From Planctomycetota bacterium (GTDB taxonomy: Bacteria; Planctomycetota; UBA1135; UBA2386): a stretch of 64,000 nucleotides of DNA. The stretch lies in assembly GCA_965223545.1 (NCBI GenBank), contig OZ245006.1:768001-832000 (forward strand), written 5' to 3'. Shown here piece by piece: positions 29,546 through 39,282 of the stretch. How positions within the stretch are numbered: the stretch's first letter is position 1; every line of letters begins with the position of its first letter. The notes under the pieces were generated by a model. The model saw nothing but the letters and a program-made list of their open reading frames with translations, did no database searches and was not told the origin of the DNA. Made by a program: the position numbers and the translations under genes.

Positions 29546-30255
29546 GCTCTGCACTCCCGCCCGGCCGTGACGGCCGCGATCGTCTCACTCTCGATCCACC
29601 CCGCTTGCCGCGCCCACTCGAGCTCGGGCGGCAGCGGAAACTGGCGCCGGCCGGCGGCGACCGCGGCGATGACCGCCCCGGTGCGTGCGATGACCGCCAG
29701 GTCGTAGCCGAACGAGGCGCGCGCCAGGTAGGCGCGCTCGATAGCCATCTTGAGCGGCAGCAGCCGCTCGACGTAGGCCGTTTCGGGGTCCTCGCCGCTG
29801 AGCAAGGCATCCCCGTGCGTGTAGTTGAAGATGCTGCCCGGGCTGGCCAAACCCGGCCGCACCGCCAGGGTCGCGCGATAGTCCACGGTGTAGTGCCGCT
29901 CGACGATCGCCGGATCCTCGGGCCGCGGCCCGACCAGCGTCATCGCACCGCGCAACACGTCCCACAGCTGCGGCAGCTCGTCGACCTTGGTCGTGCGCAG
30001 CAGCCGTCCGACCGCGAACACCCGCGGGTCGCGCGCGCCGGTGATCACGCTGCCGCGCGCGCCGGGGCTGGTGACGTGCATGGTGCGGAACTTGTGCATG
30101 GTGAACGGCGCTCCGCCGCGCCCGACGCGCTGCGCCCGATAGAGCACCGGGCCGCGACTGCTGAGCGCGACGCCGAGCGCCGCGACCAGGAGGAGCGGCG
30201 ACAAGGCGATCAGCAAGACCGCCGATGCCAGCATGTCAAACGCCCGCTTGGCCAT
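29542..30255 (-). CDS. Initiating phosphoglycosyl transferase (bacterial sugar transferase, PglC-like)
   Basis: KRAFD, KFRTM, DPRV...GRLLR..KVDELPQLWDVLRGAMTLVGPRPE. Confidence 0.94.
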   Translation of the reverse strand: MAKRAFDMLASAVLLIALSPLLLVAALGVALSSRGPVLYRAQRVGRGGAPFTMHKFRTMHVTSPGARGSVITGARDPRVFAVGRLLRTTKVDELPQLWDVLRGAMTLVGPRPEDPAIVERHYTVDYRATLAVRPGLASPGSIFNYTHGDALLSGEDPETAYVERLLPLKMAIERAYLARASFGYDLAVIARTGAVIAAVAAGRRQFPLPPELEWARQAGWIESETIAAVTAGRECRA

Positions 30256-30916
30256 TGCGCCGGATCCTGCGCACCGTCATGAACACTTCCGCAGCGTCGA
30301 GACAGCACTGGTTGCCCCACGCCTTGGCCTTGTGGGTGAGCGCCTCGAGCGAGCGCGGGTGCGGATAGTCGCGCAGCTCGCTCTCGTAGCAGCGCATCGC
30401 GGCGAGCTTCTTGTCGAGCACCGAGGAGATGTCGATCCACGTGTCGGGCGCGAAGCTGCGCGGGTACGCCCATTCGGTACTGCTGGCGGTGTCGAACGCG
30501 TACACCGCCTCGATGCAGGGCTCGGTCGGCCGTGCCGCCACCAAGATCGCCTTGAACAACAGCTCGTGGTCGCGGTTGATGTCGCCACCGTACTGGCAGT
30601 ACACGACACGCGGCTGCAGCTCGCGGACGATCGCCTCGATCGGCGTGATCACGTCGGTGAGGGTGAGCGTGTCCAGGTGCTGGTCGGGAAAGCGCAAGAA
30701 GCGCACGTCGCGGACCCCGAGCACGTCGGCGGCGGCGCGGGCGTGCTGCTCGAGACCGACCTCCGCCTCCGAGTAGCGCAGGGACTCGCCCTCGCAGGCG
30801 ATCACACTGGTCACCACGTCGCCCTGCGCGGCGTGCAGGGCGGCGGTCCCCGCACACCCCAGCAGCTCGTCGTCGGGGTGCGCGGCGAGGATCAGGACGT
30901 TGGCGGGCTCACTCAT
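30236..30916 (-). CDS. PIG-L/LmbE family deacetylase
   Basis: AAHPDDELLGCAG, DINRDH, YESELRDYPHPRS, AEVF. Confidence 0.92.
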   Translation of the reverse strand: MSEPANVLILAAHPDDELLGCAGTAALHAAQGDVVTSVIACEGESLRYSEAEVGLEQHARAAADVLGVRDVRFLRFPDQHLDTLTLTDVITPIEAIVRELQPRVVYCQYGGDINRDHELLFKAILVAARPTEPCIEAVYAFDTASSTEWAYPRSFAPDTWIDISSVLDKKLAAMRCYESELRDYPHPRSLEALTHKAKAWGNQCCLDAAEVFMTVRRIRRNGQAGV

Positions 30917-31859
30917 CGGCGAACACCTTGCCCTCCCAAGGGAGGGCGCACAACTCCGGTCCCCGGGTTACCGCGCCGCTCTCGTCCTCGACCTCCAACA
31001 CCGCGAGCACGCCCTCGCCGGTGGCGACCAGCCAGCCGCAGGCCGCCGGCTCCGGGCTGACCACCGGCCCGAGCACGGTGCCCGGCGCGCCCCAGTCGCG
31101 GCCGGCGGGCGGCAGCAGCGCGGCTTGCCACACGGTGTAGCGCTGGCCTTCGATGAAGGAGAACGCCCCGGGGTAGGGCCGGGTCAGGCCGCGCACCATG
31201 TCGTAGACCGCGCGCGCGGACTGCTGCCAGTCGAGCAGGCCGTCGGCCGGCCGCCGCCGCGGCAGAATGGGCTCGTCGGTGTGCTGCTGCGGCCGGCCGC
31301 TCCGCTCGCCGCGCAGCAGGCGCGACCAGAGCGCCACGATCATGTCGCGGTTGGCTTCGGCGACCTTCTCGTACAGCGTGGCACAGGTGTCGAACGGCGT
31401 CACCGGGAACGAGCGGCTGTCGATGATGTCACCGCTGTCGACCCCCTCCGCCAGCCACATCAGCGTGTTGCCCGAGGTCTTCTCGCCGCGGATCAGCGTC
31501 CAGTTGATCGGCGCGCTGCCGCGGTTGTGCGGCAGCTCGGAGGCGTGCGCACCGATCAGCCCCACCCGGATCAAGTCCATCGCCGGCTTGCGCACGATCT
31601 GGCTCCAACCGATCACGAACAGGACGTCGAGCTGCTGCTCTTCGAGCAGCGCGAGCGCGGCCTCGTCGTTGATGTTGCGCACCGTGTGGGGCTCGATGCC
31701 GAACTCGGCACACAGCGCCGGGTAGTCGGCGACGCCGCTGCGCTTTCCCGCCAGCTCGGGGTCCAGCGTGATGACGCACGCGACGTCCTCACCGGCCGCG
31801 AGCAACGCCCGCAACGCCGGAATGCCCTCGACGTGGAATCCGAGCCAACCGATCCGCAT
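30909..31859 (-). CDS. Formyltransferase (Fmt/ArnA-N-like), probably acting on a sugar amine
   Basis: GWSQIV, GAHASELPHNRGSAPINWTLI, DSGDI, RRPADGLLDW, RGLTRPYPGAF; first gene of the sugar operon. Confidence 0.9.
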   Translation of the reverse strand: MRIGWLGFHVEGIPALRALLAAGEDVACVITLDPELAGKRSGVADYPALCAEFGIEPHTVRNINDEAALALLEEQQLDVLFVIGWSQIVRKPAMDLIRVGLIGAHASELPHNRGSAPINWTLIRGEKTSGNTLMWLAEGVDSGDIIDSRSFPVTPFDTCATLYEKVAEANRDMIVALWSRLLRGERSGRPQQHTDEPILPRRRPADGLLDWQQSARAVYDMVRGLTRPYPGAFSFIEGQRYTVWQAALLPPAGRDWGAPGTVLGPVVSPEPAACGWLVATGEGVLAVLEVEDESGAVTRGPELCALPWEGKVFADE

Positions 31860-31985
31860 ACCTCTACTCGTCTACCTGCCGCGCTCTCTTGGTCCCCCTT
31901 GTTTCGTCGGCGCCGACGACCCGGCAACCGTAACCCGAACCGGCATCCGCCGATCTCGAAATCGCCCCCCGCCGCCGCCCGCCCC

Positions 31986-32014
31986 TTGTGATGGAGCTCC
32001 CCCTGACCGATACT
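31986..32014 (+). promoter_or_regulatory. Candidate ssrA promoter
   Basis: TTGTGA-N17-GATACT ending 22 nt before the mature tmRNA 5' end. Confidence 0.35.
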
Positions 32015-32036
32015 CCTCCCACCAACGACTGCTCGT

Positions 32037-32383
32037 GGGGGCGATCGGCATCGACCGGATGCTGTCACGGCGGTAGTGGCGTGCCGAGGGCCGGGTGGCC
32101 TCGTAAAAACCCGGAAAACCACAAGTGCCAACCAGCACTACGCTCTGGCTGCTTAAGAAGTAGTCACGCCGACGGTCCTTCGCCTGCGGGGGCCCGAGGC
32201 GACACTCAGCAGGCTGGTCCCGCGCGGACGTCCGACCCGCGCGCGACGAGATTCTTGTCGGGCTGGCCACAGCGGATCCTGGTCGCCGGAGCCGCGGGGG
32301 TGAGACCAAACGACGACCTACGCACGTAGAGGCTGCCGCCGGGGTATCACGGGACGCGGGTTCGATTCCCGCCGCCTCCACCA
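32037..32383 (+). ncRNA. ssrA: Transfer-messenger RNA; tag (A)ANQHYALAA at 32127-32156
   Basis: 5' GGGGGCG pairs with 3' CGCCTCC-ACCA (G3.U alanine identity pair); T-arm GCGGGTTCGATTCCCGC; tag ORF ends YALAA-TAA; 347 nt. Confidence 0.97.
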
Positions 32384-32406
32384 CTTCAGCGGCTTCGCCG
32401 CTGGAG
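32384..32406. terminator. Hairpin directly after the tmRNA CCA end
   Basis: CTTCAGCGGC-TTC-GCCGCTGGAG, 10-bp stem with one G.U; no U-tract, so function is uncertain. Confidence 0.4.
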
Positions 32407-33702
32407 TGATGGTGGCGTCGGGACTCGGTCCCGGCGACGCCGCCTTTGGCGGCGGCGCTGGGATCGATTCCGTTTCGGGGCCTCGGGGGTCAGGGGATCG
32501 GGGGCCGCGCCGTCGTCGTCGTCCTCGTCGCGCTGCAGTGGTTTGACGACGGCGAGAACATCACGACGAAGCTCTGTCGGTGAAGCGAGCGCGTGGAGTG
32601 CCGCGCACCGCAGCGCCGGCTCGGTGCTCGCGAGCAAGCGAACCGCCACCTGGACCCACTCCGCCTGCCTCGTGCGGTAGCTCGACAAGCCGAGGATCGC
32701 AGCGCACGGTCGCCAAGGGTGGCGTCCTCTGCCGCGGCCAATCCCATGAGCAGGTCGAAGGCTCGCGGGTTCTCGATTCGGCCAAGGTGCTGGAGCGCAA
32801 GCTCGCGGGGCGCCCCGGTCAGCACCCTTGCGTGGGTCAGTACGAGATCGACTGCGCGAGGGTCCCGCACACCTGCAAGGGCCGCCAGTGCCAGGGACGC
32901 CAGCGGCGGATCTTCACGTTCGAGGTGCGGAACGAGGGCATCGACGACGTCAGACGCGCGTGTGTCGTGTGCGCGCCACAGGGTCCATAGGCTCGCGGGA
33001 GACGACGGGCCATCCAACGCCTCCGCAAGCCACCGGATCTCGCGGGTGGTCAGCGCTCCGACATGCCGAGCGAGCAGCCAGACAACCCGAGATCGGGCCG
33101 GTTCGCTCTCCGGGAGCCCCACGGCGCGGAGACCGTCGAGCCTCACGGGGCCGATCCGGAGGAGCGCGCGCAGACACTCGGGCCCGACGACTTCGGTGCC
33201 GATGTGACGCGCCAGAGTCTCGGCGGCCCGTTCGTTCGGATCGCTGCTCAGGGCATGGGCTGCCTGGCAGCGCATGGCGTCACCGAGGGAAGCGTCCCCG
33301 AGGATGGTCTCCAGCCGGTCGGAGAACAGCCGAACGCGGCCGAGCTGCTCCAGTCGCCAGCAAGCGCGCGACGCGATCGCTCGGTTCGCGAGACGCTTCT
33401 CTCGGATCCCAAGCCCGCACGTCCGACGTCCCCGTCGGTAGGCCGCACTTTGTCCAGTGAGCGTCGGGGAGGAAGCGCTCCGGGAACGCGCACCCGAATT
33501 CGATCGGGTGCTCGGTGCTGTCTCGCCCGCCGACGCGCGGTTGCCCGGCCGGGAAGTCGTGAGGCCGTGACAGGACGGCCGCGATCTCGCGAAGCTCGAC
33601 GACCACGGTTGGGTCGAGCAGCTCGACGTCTGCGTGAGACGCACAAGACGCCGACGCAACCAAGAGCACCAGCGAGGCCAGGCGCTTGCTGTTGGGTGTC
33701 AT
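32386..33702 (-). pseudogene. HEAT-repeat lipoprotein split by two compensating frameshifts
   Basis: Signal plus Cys (MTPNSKRLASLVLLVASASC) in ORF 33280-33702; HEAT-like helices (RCQAAHAL, ALAALAGVRDPRAVD, ALQHLGRIENPRAFD) in ORF 32490-33659; last repeat (LRCAALHALA) in ORF 32386-32688. Confidence 0.65.
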
Positions 33703-33793
33703 GCGGCGCAGCTCCGTGGAACGTCAGGGACTCAGTTTGGTTCATCGAAGCCGTCGAGCCCAGTGTGGCCAGCCTCCGCTACGATGGACTCTC

Positions 33794-35212
33794 GTGCCGA
33801 CTTGGACGATCCAGATCCGCGCCGCTGAAGACGACTCCCCGATCCCCGGCGCGCAAGTGGCGCTCGGCGTGCGACTCGGCCGCAGGGAAGGGTTCGTCTC
33901 GCTGGCCGAAACGGACCGGGAAGGCGGCTGTCAGGTCCACTGCGATCTCGCCGACGACATCGCCCGGTCGGTTGACGTGATGGCCCACGCACCGGGCCGC
34001 GATGCACGGCAGATGGGTATCGGCGATCTTGGATCACAGCCGACCATCCTGCGACTGGCGCAGGGACCTACGATCCGCGGTCGCGTCAGCGACGAGAATG
34101 ACGATCCCGTCGAGGGTGCGAGCGTCGACCTTCGCCGCCACGGACGCACCGGCGACGAAGAGCCTGAGTGGTATGGCTCGACGCCGTGGCCGCCACCGGT
34201 GACCACGGACGCCGACGGCCGCTACGTCCTGCCGTGGTTCTCGTCCTCGTGGCAGGGCCAGCCGGAAGGCGACGAGCTCGCGCTCACGATCGACCATCCG
34301 GAGTTCGCGCCTTGGCAGCGTCGCGGCGTGCAGTCGCTGATTCCGCGCATCGGTGACGCGGAGTTCGATGCCGTGCTCTCGCCCCTTGACGCCTCGAGTG
34401 CGGCACCGACATCGATCGACCCTTGCGAGCCCTGGCCAGAGGAGAGGGTGCCGTTGCGTATCTCGGTCCTCTGCGGTGCGGCGCGCCGACGCGCCTCGGA
34501 AGGTGCCGTGTGGATGTCGTTGGTCGACGCGCCGCGTTTCTCGTTCTGGGTGCCCATCGAGAAGGACGGCCACACTGCGCACCGTCTCATCCCGTCCGGC
34601 ACCTATCGCGCGCAGGTCACCGTTCCCGGCGCGGCGACAACCCATGCGAAGGTCCGCGTCGACTCGACGGGTTGTTCCCCCCACGCCCTACGCGTCAGGC
34701 GAGGCCGCCGTGTCGCGGGTCGCGTGACGGATCGCGACGGTCGTCCGGTCGCCGGCTGCTTCGTGCAGTTCGCCAGCGTTCTCGCGCACGTCACCCCGCA
34801 AGCCCGAGCTACGACCGACGACCGGGGACACTACGAACTGCCCGGCGTCCGTGGACTGTGCTGGATGAGTTTCCAGGCCAGAGGCTTCGCCAACGCCGAC
34901 CGGATCCGATGGATACAAGGCTGGCTGCCGTGGCGCCGCCGCCTCGATGTGGTTCTCCAGCGCGGATGCGTGGTGCGAGGGAGGGTCGTCGGCCCGAACG
35001 GTTCTCCCCATGCCCGCACCTTCGTTCAGCTGCACAGTCGCGGCCGCGGTGCTCAGCCGGTTTGCGGTCACACGGCGTGGACCGATGCGGAGGGTCACTT
35101 CGAGCTGCGCAATGTTCCCAGTGGAAGCGCTCTGCTGATGGCGCTCGAACGGGAAGAGCCGCTGACGTGTCGGGAAGGCGAAGAGGTCGAGCTCGAAGTC
35201 CGCACCGGGTAG
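33794..35212 (+). CDS. Carboxypeptidase-regulatory-like (beta-sandwich) repeat protein
   Basis: Repeated GRV.D..G.PV.GA and TD..G.(Y/F).L motifs. Confidence 0.75.
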   Translation: MPTWTIQIRAAEDDSPIPGAQVALGVRLGRREGFVSLAETDREGGCQVHCDLADDIARSVDVMAHAPGRDARQMGIGDLGSQPTILRLAQGPTIRGRVSDENDDPVEGASVDLRRHGRTGDEEPEWYGSTPWPPPVTTDADGRYVLPWFSSSWQGQPEGDELALTIDHPEFAPWQRRGVQSLIPRIGDAEFDAVLSPLDASSAAPTSIDPCEPWPEERVPLRISVLCGAARRRASEGAVWMSLVDAPRFSFWVPIEKDGHTAHRLIPSGTYRAQVTVPGAATTHAKVRVDSTGCSPHALRVRRGRRVAGRVTDRDGRPVAGCFVQFASVLAHVTPQARATTDDRGHYELPGVRGLCWMSFQARGFANADRIRWIQGWLPWRRRLDVVLQRGCVVRGRVVGPNGSPHARTFVQLHSRGRGAQPVCGHTAWTDAEGHFELRNVPSGSALLMALEREEPLTCREGEEVELEVRTG

Positions 35213-35313
35213 TTCTCGACTCGACTCGTCCAGGAGTGCCTCCGGCGACGGTCGGCTCTCCCTCAACCCGCCGACCGCCGGGTACCGATGGCAAGAGACG
35301 AGGCCTCCAGCAA

Positions 35314-37920
35314 ATGGGAAGCACCGCCCGTCCGATCCTCACCGCCGCCGCGCTACTCCTCACCGTCCTCGCCGTGGCGCTGGTTCGCTTCGACAGCCCT
35401 TCGTTGCCCGCCACCCCGACGGATCCCGGCGACTCGACGGCCACACCGACCCAGGAGGCCATGACGTCCGACCGCGAGGCTGCCTCCGACCGGGCACGGA
35501 TCGGAGTCTCGCCCCGCAGTGAGGTCGTCGTCTCGAGTCCTATCCCCGGACCGCTGGTCGAGTGTCGGGTCATGCGTGGCTTCGACGCGGAGTTCCCCGG
35601 AGCACGGGTGCGCTTGGAGTTCTTCGCCAACCGCGCGTCGTCGACAACGCCGGAGTTCGCCGCGGTGTTGACTGCCGACGATCGCGGGCTCGTGGTCTCG
35701 CGGCTACCGCGGCTCAACACCGTGGGCTCGGTGCGGTTCACCACCGAACAGGACGGCCACGCGTGTCGCCCCGCCACGGCCCTCGCGCTCCCGGGGCAGG
35801 ACCGGTTGACGGGTATCAAGCTCTACGTCTTCCCGGTCGACCGGCTCGTGCACGGGCGCGTGCAGGACGCTTCGGGCCAACCCGTGCAGGGTGCGCGCGT
35901 CATGGCGTTTCTGAACGAGTCCGTCGAGACCGGTGAGTGCGGCACGTTTCAACTCACGGTGTCGTCGGCCTACCCGCAGGTGCGCTACTCGGTCTGCGCG
36001 CCCGGCTACGGGGTTGTTCGGGATTCGCTGACTCTCGGAACGGAGGACCCCACACGGGTGGTGGTGACGTTGCAGCCGGGCTTCGAGATCGGGGGCAGGG
36101 TGACCGACCCGGACGGGCGTCCGCTGATCGGTGCGAGAGTCGCCACGGCCCACCTCGGGCTCGCGGGCCATTTCGTCACATCCGGCCAGGACGGGACCTA
36201 CTCGATCACATCGGCGCAGCCTGGACGGCGCCGGTACTCGATGACCGCGAGTCACCCGGGCTATGCCGCCAAGAGCCTCTGGGTCGATGGCGGCGGCAAG
36301 CGGGCGCAGGCGGACTTCGCCCTGGCGCGCGGGGCCACGGTCGAGGGCAGGGTTGTCGCGCCCGACGGGTCCCCGGTCCAGGGTGCGCATGTCCGGGTGG
36401 CGCGCATCACCGACGTGACCACCGCGGATGGGTCTTTCCGCCTGGCGGATCTTCCCTCCGGCGCGCAAACCCTGGAGGTCGATCGGCCGGGCTTCGCTCC
36501 GCTGCAGGACGAAGTCGTGCTCACCGCCGGTCGGACCTCGGCCGGACACACTCTGACTCTGTGCGAGGGCGGTCAGGTCTCCGGCACGGTGACGGACACC
36601 GAGGGCAACGCACTGGGTGGCATCGCCGTCCGGCCCATGGTCGGACGGCGGTATCTCGAACGCGAGGCGACGACGAACGAGCGTGGCGAGTTCACCATCG
36701 CGGATCTGCCCGAGGGAGCGGACGCGGTCGATCTCGTCGGGGTTGGTTTCGTCGCCATCCGGCGGGCGAGGATCCGGGTCGGCCAGACCGATGCGAGCTT
36801 CCGGATGCAACGGTCGGTGGAGTTGCACGGCCGCGTCGTCGACGCCGGCACGGGTCGGCCGATCCCCGCGTTCCGCATCCGCATGCTCACGACGAATCCC
36901 GGGATCTCCGTGACTTGGGTGCGCGAGGGAGTGCAGTTCCGAGATGACGAGGGGCGTTGGAGCACCCACCGCGAGCTGATCGCTCCAGGGACGCAATTCA
37001 CGCTTCAAGCACATGCGGCCGGCTACGCCCCGTGCACCGTCGAGGGGGTCGAGGCCAGCCACGACATGCATGCCGTCGTCTTCGAGCTGCAGCCCGCGCT
37101 CGGTCTACAGGGCCGCGTGCTGCAACAGGAGAGCGGCGTCCCCACTCCGGGCCTGGAGGTCGAGCTCGTGGCCGATGCATTGCCGGTGGGCGACCGCGAC
37201 CACCCGTCGTCCAGACAGCTCACGACCACGGACCCCGCCGGGCGCTTCTCGTTCGACGGCCTTGCCGACAGGGACTATCGGGTCGTGCTCCGGGACAATG
37301 GAAGGCTCCTGCAGATCGGTGCGCCGGTGAGGGCGGCGCCGCTGGGCGCCGAACGGATCGTCTGGCTGCGCCCCCCAACGACACTGGTCGGTCGACTGCT
37401 GGACGGCGACGGCGAGCCCCTCGGAGCCGCCGACATCGTGCTCGGCCGGCAACGCATTGCGGGCGTCCCGTCCAGCGACTCGCCGCGCACGGCCCGCTCC
37501 GACGGCGCGGGGCGCTTTCGGTTCGAGGGGCTGCAGGCCGGCCCCTACGAGCTGACGGCTACCGCGTACTCGCGAGCCGGAGCCAGCGTCGTGTTCCACG
37601 AGTCGATCGTGATCTCGGGCGAAGCGGACGCGGAGATCACCGTTCGCCCCGCCGGGAGATGCCGCCTGCAAACGGAAGTGCGCCTGCCACCCGGTGCCAC
37701 GAACGCCATCGTGCAGGTGGTCTGCACCGACGGCGATCCGCGCGCTTTCCGCGCCGCGGTCCAGGAGGGCCGCGTGTCGCTGGTCGGGTTGCCCGCGGGC
37801 CCGTGCAGAATCGCGGTCTTCTATCAGTCCTCGGGCCGTCGCGCCGTCTACAACCGACCCGAGCCGCTCATGCTCCACGGCAGAGGGTGGATTCGAGTGC
37901 GGCTCGATATGCGGAACTGA
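35314..37920 (+). CDS. Membrane-anchored protein with about six carboxypeptidase-regulatory-like repeats
   Basis: N-terminal TM (ILTAAALLLTVLAVALV); GRVQDASGQPVQGARV, GRVTDPDGRPLIGARV, GRVVAPDGSPVQGAHV, GTVTDTEGNAL, GRVVDAGTGRPI, GRLLDGDGEPL. Confidence 0.82.
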   Translation: MGSTARPILTAAALLLTVLAVALVRFDSPSLPATPTDPGDSTATPTQEAMTSDREAASDRARIGVSPRSEVVVSSPIPGPLVECRVMRGFDAEFPGARVRLEFFANRASSTTPEFAAVLTADDRGLVVSRLPRLNTVGSVRFTTEQDGHACRPATALALPGQDRLTGIKLYVFPVDRLVHGRVQDASGQPVQGARVMAFLNESVETGECGTFQLTVSSAYPQVRYSVCAPGYGVVRDSLTLGTEDPTRVVVTLQPGFEIGGRVTDPDGRPLIGARVATAHLGLAGHFVTSGQDGTYSITSAQPGRRRYSMTASHPGYAAKSLWVDGGGKRAQADFALARGATVEGRVVAPDGSPVQGAHVRVARITDVTTADGSFRLADLPSGAQTLEVDRPGFAPLQDEVVLTAGRTSAGHTLTLCEGGQVSGTVTDTEGNALGGIAVRPMVGRRYLEREATTNERGEFTIADLPEGADAVDLVGVGFVAIRRARIRVGQTDASFRMQRSVELHGRVVDAGTGRPIPAFRIRMLTTNPGISVTWVREGVQFRDDEGRWSTHRELIAPGTQFTLQAHAAGYAPCTVEGVEASHDMHAVVFELQPALGLQGRVLQQESGVPTPGLEVELVADALPVGDRDHPSSRQLTTTDPAGRFSFDGLADRDYRVVLRDNGRLLQIGAPVRAAPLGAERIVWLRPPTTLVGRLLDGDGEPLGAADIVLGRQRIAGVPSSDSPRTARSDGAGRFRFEGLQAGPYELTATAYSRAGASVVFHESIVISGEADAEITVRPAGRCRLQTEVRLPPGATNAIVQVVCTDGDPRAFRAAVQEGRVSLVGLPAGPCRIAVFYQSSGRRAVYNRPEPLMLHGRGWIRVRLDMRN

Positions 37921-37962
37921 GATACTGTCGGGCAAGCCCTCGCGTGAGAGAGCAATCTCAGG

Positions 37963-39282
37963 ATGCAGACCCGTTCTTGGCACAAGTCCGCGGCCTTTCT
38001 GGCTGGAGGCACTGTCTGCGCCGCCCTGCTCATCGTATTGCTCTGGCCAACCGACTACCAATCCTCGGAGCAAGCGTTCGCTGAAGCCGCGCCGCAACAA
38101 GTGCTCGACGTACGCGGTCCCGCCCCGGAGGATCGTCGCCCCGCCAACAGCTGGAACGTCATCGTGGTCGACGAGACGAGCGGAAGACCGCTGCCGAATC
38201 TCGAGATCGCCTGGCAACAGAGTGGTGAAGATGAGCGGCACGTGACGACGGATCGCGACGGGCGCCTGACGCTGGCCGCGGTTGGTCTGGCCGCTCTTAC
38301 GTCGCCGCGCGAACCCGCCGAGTTCACGCCGCGTCAGGTCTTCGTGACGGAAGATCAGCAGATGATCTCGGTGACCACGATCGCCGAAGTAAGGGTTGCC
38401 TGGGACGGACCGAGGCCGGGTTCGCTCGAACTCGTACTCGTGCCACAACGCGATTTCGCACAAAGCACCTCGGACCCCCGCGTCGTGCACCCCGCGGAGT
38501 TCAGCCGCGGACTCCCCCCGACGTCGCTGAACGGAGGAACCGCGCAATGGACGGGCATTTCGGCTGAGGAAGAATGGCGGCTCGTCGCTGCCGCGGATCG
38601 ACTGCACCATGTGGAGCCCCGGCATGAGGCCTGGGCGGACCCCATGGGCTCCGCCCGTTACTCCGAGCTCGAATCCTGCCCAGCAAGCGCGCTACTGCGT
38701 CTCGAACCCGGCGGCGTCATCGAGCTCCGGATCCATACGCTCAGCAGAACCCGCATTCACTGTCACTTCGGCGGTCTCGCCGAACACACCGAGGCGCGCA
38801 TCCTCGCGCGCCACTGGGTCGGCCAGGGCGGCGGAGGTGGTGTCTGGAGCATGCTCTCCAATGCGTGGCGAGGAAAGCCGACCTCCGATCCAGTCCTCCT
38901 CGCAGATCTACCGACGGGTCCATGGCGGATCGACTTCTGGGCACGCACGGACAACCACTTCGCCGTCGGCGCCGCGTTCGTCGAGCTGTCCACTGACCAA
39001 CGTGTCGATCTCCAACTCGACGCACGGATGGGTACGGGATCGCTGACCTTCGAAGTGCCGCATGATCTTCCGGCGGCCCACTGGTTGCTGGACACGCGCT
39101 CGACGGTTGCCGGAAGGCCAGGGTTGATCGGGATGACCGTTGCTGGAACCCACGACTTCAACCAGGGCGACGTGATCACTGTGACCGGCATCCCCGGCTC
39201 GCAAGGGCAATTCCACGCGTTCCCCGATCGGGCCGAGTCGTTTGGGTTTCAGTACGACTTGTCAAAAGGAACCCATTACTGA
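37963..39282 (+). CDS. Hypothetical membrane-anchored protein with one carboxypeptidase-regulatory-like repeat
   Basis: N-terminal TM; VVDETSGRPLPN...TTDRDGRL. Confidence 0.65.
   Translation: MQTRSWHKSAAFLAGGTVCAALLIVLLWPTDYQSSEQAFAEAAPQQVLDVRGPAPEDRRPANSWNVIVVDETSGRPLPNLEIAWQQSGEDERHVTTDRDGRLTLAAVGLAALTSPREPAEFTPRQVFVTEDQQMISVTTIAEVRVAWDGPRPGSLELVLVPQRDFAQSTSDPRVVHPAEFSRGLPPTSLNGGTAQWTGISAEEEWRLVAAADRLHHVEPRHEAWADPMGSARYSELESCPASALLRLEPGGVIELRIHTLSRTRIHCHFGGLAEHTEARILARHWVGQGGGGGVWSMLSNAWRGKPTSDPVLLADLPTGPWRIDFWARTDNHFAVGAAFVELSTDQRVDLQLDARMGTGSLTFEVPHDLPAAHWLLDTRSTVAGRPGLIGMTVAGTHDFNQGDVITVTGIPGSQGQFHAFPDRAESFGFQYDLSKGTHY

Noticed and set aside
30909..31859. Housekeeping fmt (Met-tRNA formyltransferase)
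   Set aside because: Lacks the GTP.FA N-terminal motif, has no def neighbour and heads a sugar operon
31872..32384. 170-aa ORF beginning MVEAAGIEPAS
   Set aside because: Antisense translation of the tmRNA
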